NCBI GenBank assembly: GCA_047495785.1
Contig: JBLDXI010000045.1
Coordinates: 496,001 to 560,000 of the forward strand
Source: Lepidodermella squamata
Taxonomy: Eukaryota; Animalia; Gastrotricha
Direction: 5' to 3'
Length of the DNA: 64,000 nucleotides
The position numbers and the translations under genes were made by a program. The notes below the pieces were generated by a model, which saw only the letters and a list, made by a program, of their open reading frames with translations, made no database searches and had not been told where the DNA came from. Positions 51,701 to 62,129 of this stretch are shown here, piece after piece (within the stretch, counting starts at the first letter, position 1; the number at the start of each line of letters is the position of its first letter).

Positions 51701-53103
51701 TAGTTCACGCAACTTATCATTGTCTATCATCTTGCCCTTCGCTTTCAGACCATTTATCAATAGCTCCGACATATCTTTGTCTGATAGCTTTTCAATGACG
51801 ACTTTCTCATCAACCAGCTGGTGCCAGGCTGAAAGTGAGCTCTCCATAAAGTTTGCGCGATCGCTGTCGATGACGGCAATGCACGGCACGGCCGGCCCGC
51901 CCTCGACGTTGAGTGCTTTCATAAAACTCAATAGATCAATGTGGAAAACATCGTCGATGATGAAAAGAGGTGGCGCATCGAGCTTTTCTGTTAGCATGCG
52001 AACTTGATCATGGAAGTCAGAAGTGTTAGAAATGCTTCGCTTTGTTGCGATAGTCACTTGGCCGAAGAAGTCTTCTTCGAAAGCAAATTTCTCTTTCTCG
52101 GAATTGAAACCCTTTCTCCATGGATAGCAATTAAGGAGGAATACTGTACGGACACCACATGTTGTTGACAATTGTGATTGGGCTTTGTGCATGAGCTGCC
52201 GAATAAAAAACGTTTTCCCCACGCCTTCATCGCCACTAATAACCAGCAACCCACCTGAGATTTGATAAAATCGTTCGCTTGAAGCCTTTTTTGCTTATTT
52301 TCTATTTCTTACCAAGTTTATTAGGCATGTGGCAGATGTTTTTAATTGCCTTGAGGACTGGATCTAGTCGATGAGGCTTGATGCCAGGGCCAATTTCCCG
52401 AGGATCCGATGTTCGCAAAGGCTCAAAGACCCTGAAGCGGCTTCTGAAATCGAAAACATCTGCAAGTAAATGTTAGCTAACGTGAGCCATTTTACATGTT
52501 GCGGAGATCGTATAGAGGCAGTAGATGCTGCTCTATCTTTGCAGTGACTTCCTCAAGAGCAACGCCATCTTCGTATAGAACGAACAACTTGTCCCCAATA
52601 ACCTCAGACAACCAAGTTTCGTCTATCACAACTTCCCTGCCAAGCTTAATTGGCATGATTGGCTTCGCCTTGGTAACAGCCAAATCTGCTTCGAAGCGGC
52701 AGTTTTTACTGCTCAAATAAGGCTCGCTGTAGAAAATGAGAACAATATCAGCTGAGGTAATGCCCTGAAAATAATTTAGAGTGAACAAAGTTGACTTTGC
52801 CGCAATGGTTGCTACCCACCCTTTCCATGCTTTCCGTTATTGAGTCATGAATCTCCAGCTGGTCAATCCACACGTTGTAGCGTTTAGTCGATTGAAGATG
52901 TTGCGCCATCGCCCGCACATCTTGTGGACGTCCTTTTGTTTTTTCCCAGCAATAGCTGATGAAAATGTTCAACCGCTTAGGATCGTGGACGTTACTCAAA
53001 AAGCCATATCCCGCTTCCGGCATGGCTATAAGCAATTAAAGATGACGCTGCTAAGCTTCAAACGCTTCAATGGTATGTACTCACGCATTACGTGAGTCGC
53101 CAT
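48791..53103 (-). CDS. TIR - NB-ARC-like - NB-ARC - ankyrin repeat - CaaX STAND protein (~1327 aa)
   Basis: Exons 53085-53103, 52820-53025, 52496-52764, 52313-52443, 51516-52254, 51361-51461 and 48791-51309 join in frame via GT-AG introns. Motifs: TIR IFISYCW..VWID..SKNCRFE; Walker A GDEGVGKT and GSGGIGKS; Walker B FIIDDV and FILDDV; GLP twice; about a dozen ANK repeats; ends CVIL*. Confidence 0.85.
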
Positions 53104-53662
53104 ATAGGTTTATTGATCACATTTTGTGTAAATGGCATGCCGTGCACTATGGTCGCCTAGGCTGGGATCATTCTATCGATTGAAGATTAAAGTGACCAAG
53201 CGGCGGGTGGTATATTAGTTTTAACCCTAGAGCATTAGTTGCTCCAATCGGGAAGTCGACTGCCATTGTGGAAAAGAATTGAAGTGAAGAATCATTGGTA
53301 TTTTAAAAGTCATTTATTCACGTCTGTCACTGTTTCGCCATGCATTTTAAATCAACCTTGTTCTGTCGGCTGAAATTCAAATTAGGCGCCATGAAAGTGT
53401 TGCAGCACGTCGTGGAGTTACGGTGAGTCATAAAAACCAGAACTGCATCATAGTCTCGTGAATGCTCTCAGTTTGCACTCACCTTCATGGTAGGCGTTTG
53501 CAAATGCAGTGTGTACATAAGAAACTCTCGCACTTTGTTGTAAGCGTGCGATTGAAATTTCAGTAGAATGTCTTACAACGTCCATGCGACAATGACAAAC
53601 TTCAAAAATGAACTCTGCCAAATAACAAACTACCTACCTTGACAACTATTATTAATTATTCT

Positions 53663-55117
53663 ATGAACAAGAAGGTTGCCAGATCGAGTCGAGCATTGCC
53701 AATTTTTTGTCTCCTGTTTGTGATCTTTGCATCCGTCCATGGAGTTTGTGAACATCCTCATGTAATTCGCAACAAAGTCGAAGGCGTTATAACCAACGAC
53801 GATTATCCCAATCCGTATCGAAACAGTTCGAAATGCTCCTGGTTGGTTGTTGTGAAACCTGGTTACCAAATCCGAGCCTTCTTGACCATATCTTTCATGG
53901 AAATGTGCCCGGATTGTCGTTGCGATTATGTGGAAATCTATGATGGACCCTCTACTTCCTATTCCCAATTACTGGTTCGAGCATGCCGCGAAGGATTCAA
54001 AGACAACTTATATTCATCGTCGAATGTCATACTGGTACATTTTTACTCTGATAACAAGGGCAGCGAACCTTCATCGGTAATTGATCATGGTTTCAAGCTG
54101 ACGTTCGTGGAAGGTTTCTTTTCAAGTTTCTGATATTTCTCTTGTCAAATTATATGTCATTTTAGACAAAATTATCAGCTCTAACATTGATCAATTCCTT
54201 CCAGTCGACTGTATGTTTTAGCCTCATTCGCGTGGACAAATTTATATCACCTGATTTTTTAAAGGCACTTTAAACGGCTCGCTGAGTGTTGAAAAATTCA
54301 TCTTCGGATCGCATTTGGTTGGATGGCTGCCTGAATTCGCAGATGAAACAAGTCCCGCCCGTGCAGAAGCAATCAGCTTTTTTGAGCTAACGGTGAGCTT
54401 TAGCTTTGCATACATTCAGGTTTGTTTTCAACTGGGAATTAATCAGCTACGTAAGGTCTATCAACAAGCTGGGATCGACTATCAAGCTCTTGAAGTTACT
54501 GATCTAGGGTAAACCCATTTCCAGGCTTTTTCGCGATAATAGTTTTGCTTCAAATAGAAAGATCGAGCAGTTAAACGGCACTAAAGTATATGTTAGTGTG
54601 CAGTATCGCGTTGCAGTGAAGAGCTTGATGGTTTTTGCTGGTGAGACCGAGTCTGAACTGTCCGTACGTAATCGAGTCGAGTCAGCCTTGAAGGATGCTG
54701 TCAGCTTACTGACCAAGTCAGGAGTTTTCTATCAATCTTTCGACTCAGAGCCACAACTGGCTGTTACTCGAGTTTCTATGCATTTATCCATCGCAAAAGG
54801 TCAGTTTTTTACTTTGAACTATCTGAATGGCCAAACACGCACTTCTTAATTTCTTTTGTTTGTAGAAAAAAGCGCAGTTTTGATTGTCGGAGGTTCGTTG
54901 CTTGGATTCGCAGCCATTTGCACGTTATCTATGCTATTGTAATATTTCGCAGTTTGCAGCTAAAATTATGGCCTATAACCTAAATTTTTCCAGTTACTTG
55001 CTAATCAAGCACTCATCCCGGTTCAAGAAACTGGCAGTAGACGATGATGGCACTCCTCCTGTGACTGGTGGAAATGATGCTTCTATAAAGACACTTTTGC
55101 TCAGATCAAATAGCTAA
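53663..55117 (+). CDS. CUB domain + SEA-like region + TM receptor, paralog 2
   Basis: Signal peptide and CUB motifs (YPNPY..CSWLV..CRCDYVEIYDGP..HFYSDN..GFKLTF). It shares FxFG..L..W, VY.QAG and SGVFY blocks and the exon layout with paralog 1. Confidence 0.72.
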
Positions 55118-55136
55118 CTTTATTTCCATGCTAAAA

Positions 55137-56216
55137 CTATCCGAGCGTGTATCCGGGATGTCCGGGAAGAATTTCCAACGGAGTGGTTGTGCTTCCGAGT
55201 TGCTCCATTTTGTAAGCACAATCGCCGACGAAGTAAAAATAGGCACTGCTATCATGTAATTGAGACATCCCTAGAATCGTCAAAGAGCACACGAACGTAA
55301 CCAACTCAAACAGAAAACACACAAAGGCTAAAAATCCTGTTGAGCTGTCTATCGAAGTCGGATCTCGAGTAACTTGTCTAGACGATGGCGGGAGCTCAGC
55401 CTCCGAAATGAATTCAGAACCTTCCACGAGTTGCATTGCCACTTCACGAGACGATGTCGGATCTCCAAGAAAAGCAAGACGTCGCCTTCGCTTGTAATAA
55501 ATCACTTGCAAGATTACGAAAACCACTGCAACAGTTGCATTGAAGAAACAGGCTACTGTAAAGCCACTGAAATGTATGTCACTGCCATCCTCAAGAGCAA
55601 TTTGATGGTGATAGGGGAGAATGCTGAGCGACCACGTCAAGTTACCGGCAATGAGTAGGCTGATTGCGTAGAATTTGGCTATAACATGAAACCGATTTGC
55701 CCATTTCTGACGATTCGTAAAAGCATCAGCGATTCTCATAGGGAAAATACCTATGAATGCTATACCCACCGCGGCAGTCGTCGACATGGCGAAAACGGCC
55801 CGTTCAGCGTGAGGCGATTGGGTGGAAATTGTGTAACGGGACACTGCATTCACGATGACTAATACGGCTAGTAGCCCGCATATTGTGAAATGAAGGCTAT
55901 AGCGACTGGTATTAGTGTCACTGCAGATATTTGAAATTGAGCTATGTTGCCAACGGAGAATCGCCCATTCAAGCCGAGCGGTCTCACGAATCAAGAAACT
56001 TGTACACAGCAGAGTTATGACAATAGTTGTAAGGATAATAAGGCCGCCAATTAAAATTCCAAATAAGTCGTCTTTCTTAGCGAAATCAATTGCCGTGCCA
56101 GCCTGGACGCCTCTCCAAATGTAGTAACAGGGTTGGAACAGATCACTCTTCCGTTGAGCTTCCGCAGCGCGAATGATGCTCAAAGCAGTGATCGTAAGCA
56201 CTCGAGAGTAAGCCAT
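55137..56216 (-). CDS. Multi-pass membrane protein, possibly Frag1/DRAM/Sfk1-like, intronless
   Basis: 359-aa ORF with ~6 hydrophobic helices. SISN after TM1 and IGIFP...H motifs resemble the family. Confidence 0.55.
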   Translation of the reverse strand: MAYSRVLTITALSIIRAAEAQRKSDLFQPCYYIWRGVQAGTAIDFAKKDDLFGILIGGLIILTTIVITLLCTSFLIRETARLEWAILRWQHSSISNICSDTNTSRYSLHFTICGLLAVLVIVNAVSRYTISTQSPHAERAVFAMSTTAAVGIAFIGIFPMRIADAFTNRQKWANRFHVIAKFYAISLLIAGNLTWSLSILPYHHQIALEDGSDIHFSGFTVACFFNATVAVVFVILQVIYYKRRRRLAFLGDPTSSREVAMQLVEGSEFISEAELPPSSRQVTRDPTSIDSSTGFLAFVCFLFELVTFVCSLTILGMSQLHDSSAYFYFVGDCAYKMEQLGSTTTPLEILPGHPGYTLG

Positions 56217-56407
56217 TTCAGAACACTTTTACAACAACAAAATCGGTGTATGAATTAACCTAATTTAGCGTAGTGAATTGGGTCTTGGGAAAACACCTGT
56301 GCCTATGCCGATAAGGCCCCAAAGGAAAACCCTGGCTATTGTTCGTTGTTTTACTTCATGAATCAATGCTTTAGGAACAAGGCAATTGTGCAATGTTATA
56401 CATCTTA

Positions 56408-58786
56408 TCACGGCAATGCAGCTCGTCTCGCGCCGGTCGGGTTGGAAACAGGATGGTAACCAACACCTGGCCACGTAAAGGAATTTAATTATTGATCAAA
56501 AATTTCGATTGAAAGCTTACTCCTTAATTCCTCGGCCCTTTCGTCTCGAGCGTTGTTTCTTGTTTGGAGGCATCTCAAGACATCAGCCTTATTTCGCATA
56601 GACGGGTAGAAATATTGAAGGTATGCATCAGTCTCCTCGGGATTAGTTAAAAATGCGACAATATTTTCCTCCGACTCCATTGGTTCTAATGGCACAAATC
56701 CTCGATCGACGAATTTTCCATTTACATTTTGCATTACACATCTTGAAGTGAAATAATGTCAAGTCATTAAGATTTCATAATTCAATTTCAAGCTAACGGA
56801 GCAACAATGAAACCAGGGGCCTTGGAAGCGAACCGTAATAGAAACTATATAAAACAATTAAAATGTTCAAATGCTTATGGTTAGCAGATGAAATGCATAC
56901 CGTGCCTACTGGTTGGTCCCTAAGCATTGCCTCGCATTGCTCGCCGGTCGCAAACCCAACAAAGTTGCCTGGGCTGGAATGGAAAGATAGGACAAAGGTA
57001 GATTTGTTATTTACGAAGTTTCCAACTATTTATCGCTTACAGTAACTTCTTGAGTGGGGTTTCGCTTATCAATTTCATGTTTGCGTAAAACCAGTCCCAA
57101 AATGCTCTGCCGCCCCATTTTGTTTTTTGCATGTTCGGCAGAGGATCTTGGCAAAACTTTGCCCGCGTCACCAGGGTATCATTCGTGTAGTCGTTTGATT
57201 GGAAAAGCGTAACTGCCAGGCAGACAAAGTGATGATCCGCTAGTGTACTGCCTGTGTTAGCCCACCAAAGGCTTTGCAGCAATTCTTTAATACTACTAAA
57301 AGGTACAGCGTCTGGAACTTCAAATGGTCTTCGGTTCTGCGAGAATCAACAAAACAAAAAAATAGATGAAAAAAATGAAGATATGTCTTTAATGAGATTT
57401 AAACCTGGTGATCTCCAAAGAAGTTATCCCAGTGTATAGGCGCTGCAGTTTTAGCTTCTTGGTTAGATTTTTGAACAGTTATCAACATGGGTGCTGATAG
57501 GACTTTCGCGGTGATATAGCCGCCGGACAGTATGGGAATACTCAGATGACTGAATAGGGCTAAGCAATGCTTGTCTGTGACCTTTTTGTCGTCTCGCTTT
57601 GGCTGTTAATCGGCATTAAAACTTCATGGCAAACTAATGTTAGAGTAGCAGCTTACCACAGTTATTCCTTTGAACGATGCCCCAAACCATCGATTGCCGA
57701 TGTTGCGTGCTAACGGTGAAGAAAATATCCAAGATACTGGCGACTGCAAGCTCGAAGAAAATTCTCTAGCTTGCAGCTCTGACATGAATGCTAGCTGAAC
57801 CTGAAAGGCAAACAGCATTTTTTCGATTTGGAATTGTTGTCTTAAAGCTAACCGTTGTAGCCTCGACTCCCGTCGAGCTAACAATGCTTGGGCAAAGCAT
57901 TCGCACGTCAATGTTCAACTTGGAACCGTAATTGACAATCTGCGTCGGCTGCGTCACGAGTATCAACGATTTCGAAACAAGTAACGCTAGCTTATTCCGA
58001 GTTGATTCAATGGCTTGATAAATATGTGAGGAGACCGCTTGATAATCTTGGTAATTTCCGAGTGCCTTTTAGTAAATTGTGGTAAAATTTGAATTAAAAA
58101 TAAATTGCATCTCTAACCTGAGCCCGTTCATTCAAAAAATTCAGATTATTCACTCCGGTAAAAACTGCGATGTCGTAAGCTAATTGGTACTGGTTCACGT
58201 TTAGAGTTACCATTGCGCCACTCAACGAGCGATAAACTTCCGCGTCGTAGCGAGATCGATAATTCTGTAGGACTAAAAATGCCCGATCTTGAACGTGCAT
58301 GAAGCTATCAATAGCTGCCATTATTTCAGCTCCATACCCGTTGAACCTTTGCGACAGAAGGTTGGATTCTGTAACATAAGCCGCCACACAAGTTTCAATG
58401 TCCGGGCGCTGGAAAAACTGCTCGAACAGTTGAGTTTCCTTGTACAAACACCAAATCAAACGGCGTAGAAAATCTCCTGCGTTCGTACTCGATTGTTGTA
58501 AAGATGAAACATTTTCCTCGATATTCCTCTTATCGTCCGTTGAAAGTTGGCCGTTTAATTTCGATATTAAAAAATTATGTGCACTAGTAACCATCGAAAT
58601 CGCCGTATCCAACGTCCATTGATCGACAAGATACCAAGCTCTAGCGTTTTCTGCTATCCAATCAGCCAGAGCAATACGCAGTCCTACAGAAATTTTCTGC
58701 GACTCGTAGATAGAGGCGTAACTTTGTTTCAGGGCGGTGTCATAGCTTTGCGTGTATGCCCATAATACCTCGGGCTCGACAAGCAT
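56408..58786 (-). CDS. STAT: Divergent STAT transcription factor
   Basis: N-domain LRIALADWI; DBD LILVTQPTQIV..DVRML and VLSAP..IHWDNFF; linker RRPFEVPD..FWDWF; SH2 GT-FLLRF (split by an intron) and YFYP; last exon VGYHP with the candidate phospho-Tyr; stop at 56408-56410. Confidence 0.82.
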
Positions 58787-59822
58787 TTTCGTTGAAAGTG
58801 TATATTTTGTGGAGTGAACAGGAGGAAGACTTTGGCAGGCATATAAAAAACGGCTAAGCAAACATTACAATCTCCATATCGCAATTATAACGGGTTTTTA
58901 CCGGTAATTTTTTATCCTTATCAGCTATAATAAATATCTCATACTTGTTCATAAATGCTTCGAGTGCGTCAAAAGCAGACTGATAAAATTGGAGATGAAG
59001 AAAGAATGAGTTAGTTATATATAGAGTAAACATTGATGACTCAAGTTCTTGTTGATTCAACTTCAACCTTGCATCACAACAATAATATCAAAGCTTTGCT
59101 CCAATCAGTATTTTTCTCAGGTAGCTTTATACCGTTTAAAACTTGAACACCAAAAGGCTCGCTGCTGGCCTGGAAATGTATCCTCAGTTTAACGAAAAAC
59201 TTAAAAGCTGTAGCCCTTGAAAGTGGGTGCGCGAAATACATACCCTAAATGGTTTCATCTCAAAATTTGAGACTTCAGCGCTAGATTTCCCCAAAACATT
59301 CTTTTTTAACGTCTTCAGTGGAATGTCAATGTTTTTGTTATCATGCCAAACCGATAGATTTCCCTATTGCGCGTATTTCGAGCCATGTACATGAGTTACT
59401 TCAACCTGCAGAGCCGATATCGATTATAAGTATCGATTTCACAAATCAATGATTTTTTCGATATCAACTGCCTTGGAATCCAACATCGATAGTTTTCTTC
59501 ATACCTTTGGGCATCATGTAGCTAAAATATAAATACCAAGTTCAGAAGTAATGTCGATCAACAACTGAAAACGCCGAAATAGCAAAAAAAAATTGGGAAA
59601 ATTGAGTGCCGGGGCGCTTAATTTTACTGCTGGAACCTGGTGCTAATATTTTTGGAGCTTTTGCACCTAAATTCTTACTCGCTTCGCTCGCCCTTTTCTA
59701 TCTGTTATGCTATCTAGGTATGTGGCATTCAATTATAAATTTAAGCACCAATCAAGGTATTAGGGAAAAACACTGATAGATGAGTCAATTTTTATTTTCT
59801 AGCCATCAAATTGTAAAAAAAG

Positions 59823-60315
59823 TTAGGACAGGACAGCTCTGTTTAGCGAGAGCGCCGCCTGAAGCCGTTTCCTGGCGGCTGGCAACTGAGCTATCAGTTT
59901 TTCGAATGGCTCCGCCCCAACCGAGCCGCGTATCGACTCGAGCAACTCGTCCGGCTGAGGAGCAACAACAATAGCGTTGCATAAATGCTCGCTCGCCGAG
60001 TTGAGATCACCCTGCATCAACATCCGACTACCCAGCTGCAGCTCTTCGTTATAGAATTGCTCAATTGACGCGATATCGGCGGTTTCGCCCAGGCGGCGCA
60101 TGCTACCCGCCGCTTTCACCTGCTGCTCTCTGATTTTTTCTAACAAAACGACCCTTAAATACTGATTTTTCTTCGAATTAAAACAAACTTTCTCTGACTC
60201 GAATTTGATAATCATGCGAGGACCGTCGTTTCTTGTCGAAATAAATGCAATAAGTCACGAATAGAGCTAATGACGTTGCACCAGTCGCTATTAGAAGGCT
60301 CTTTCCCCAAGCCAT
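59823..60315 (-). CDS. TOMM20: Mitochondrial import receptor TOM20
   Basis: Exon 1 reads MAWGKSLLIATG...YCIYFDKKRRS. Exon 2 reads EQFYNEELQLG...HLCNAIVVAPQP. Confidence 0.9.
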
Positions 60316-60630
60316 TTAATCAACAAAAAATCTATCAACACAACACAATATTGAATTGTTGACGAAATTTATTGTTTTTTCATCGTTTCTTTTATAGGAA
60401 AATTCGACTTTTTTCAAAGAACACAGGAGAAAATATCTAGTTTTGTTTCAAGTAATTCGCAGGGCAAAGGCCGGACAAAGCAACAAAAATTATATATAAG
60501 AACGTGAGAATCTCACGCGAGTCTTACTTGTAATCGTTTCGGAATCAGACATGCATGGTTTTTCAACATAGATAAATTATCTACATTATTCTACAAATAA
60601 GCTCGATTTTGCATCGATCCACTGGAATGT

Positions 60631-61444
60631 CTAGCTCAAGAAGCGAATGCTCATTTTCTCCTCGATGTCGACCTTCTCGAGGGTCTTGCTGAATTCGGAA
60701 AAGCTGATTCGGTTGTCGCGATCCGAGTCCGCCTCGTTGATTGTCCGCTCGGCGATTTGCAGCAGCTGGTCAGAGTTGATGTGCTCGCCAACGAGCTGGT
60801 GAAGGACCTGGACCAGCTCTTCTTGGTTGATGTAACCATCACGATCACCGTCGTACATGTTGAAAGCAACTGTAAACAAACAGCAGAATTTTAAATAATA
60901 TAAAATTTAAGGAGGATTTCTTACACTGCATCTTCTTTTCGCGGGAATTCAACGCATTTTCGTTTTTCTCGTGTTTTTTCACCAGACGAAATATCGCGAG
61001 AGTGTGGATAAATTGGCGAAAATTCACTTGGCCATCATCGCCGGCCAAACTTACTCTAAAAAATTATAAGAAATCATGAAAAATACTGATAATATAATTT
61101 AGTGAAAATATACTCACTCGTCAAAAAATGAGCGAATCAACTGGTCAGCTAATGGATTGATGGCCAATTCGGGAATGCGCATAAAGTCTTCTCGGCTGGA
61201 AACAAATATAAGAATTCAAATCCCATAGCTTCAAAAATGTAAATAATTACTTTAAGTAGCCTTTATTTTCCTTGTCCAACTGGCTGAATCGGTGGTATAA
61301 TCTCATGATTTGCTTCCTGGAAACTAAAACCCAACATTTGATGATGGATGACTTTGATGAGGGTAAACAAAACTTACACCCTGTTTCTCTCTGGATTGCG
61401 ACGATATCGTCATGTTGTAACATAACAGTCAATCTTGAGCCCAT
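60631..61444 (-). CDS. CHP1: Calcineurin B homologous protein
   Basis: MGSR..ETG-F..QIMRLYHRFSQLDK..SREDFMRIPELAINPL..VNFRQF..NSREKK..YDGDRDGYI..IAERTINEAD..KMSIRFL across 5 exons. Confidence 0.92.
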
Positions 61445-62129
61445 TTCAATAAATTATTACGAAAAATCTATAGAAAATAGGATAAAAAAGTTGAATTTTA
61501 ATAATAATAATAATAATTTTAGCCAAAAAACAATAACTAATCTTAATTAGGTCTCCATACAAAATATCTTCTCACCACCGTAACATAAATTTTCACCGAT
61601 TTCAAGTACAATCCTTCCACATTCTCAGATACACCGGGCGTAAAGCTACTAACTTCAAAGAAGTAGTCGCAGATTGAGGTAAAGGAAAAATAAGCTATTA
61701 AGGCGGATGATTATGCGTGAACGCAGGAGATAACAAAAATTAGAAGCATTAAGCAGCTATAAATTCGAAAATAGGTCGTTTGCGAATCAACAACGTTGGG
61801 CGTACACAGTAACATGCATAATAATGATGAGCAGCTAGTAGCTGCATCATCGCCGTCACCTTCCGCCGTGTTTAAACAACGCACTGTACGAACACTACTA
61901 CTATTTCGACTGAGCAGACATGGCTTCGTGACAAAACGTCGTGACTAATTCAAGCGAGCGTAAATTTATTTGAAAATTAGCTTCAAAAAACAAGTCAACC
62001 TTCGGAGGCATTCAGTGTGACAAAAACGAGATTTTTAGATATGTAAACAAACAATCAGAATTTTGAGTTTCATGACAATAAATGGTGACGAATTACGAGC
62101 AAAAAAATAAGGTCGAATGGTCAAATAAG

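Noticed and set aside
59350-59500. ATCGAT/CGATAT-rich cluster
   Set aside because: Possibly a MITE remnant, but I found no clear boundaries.
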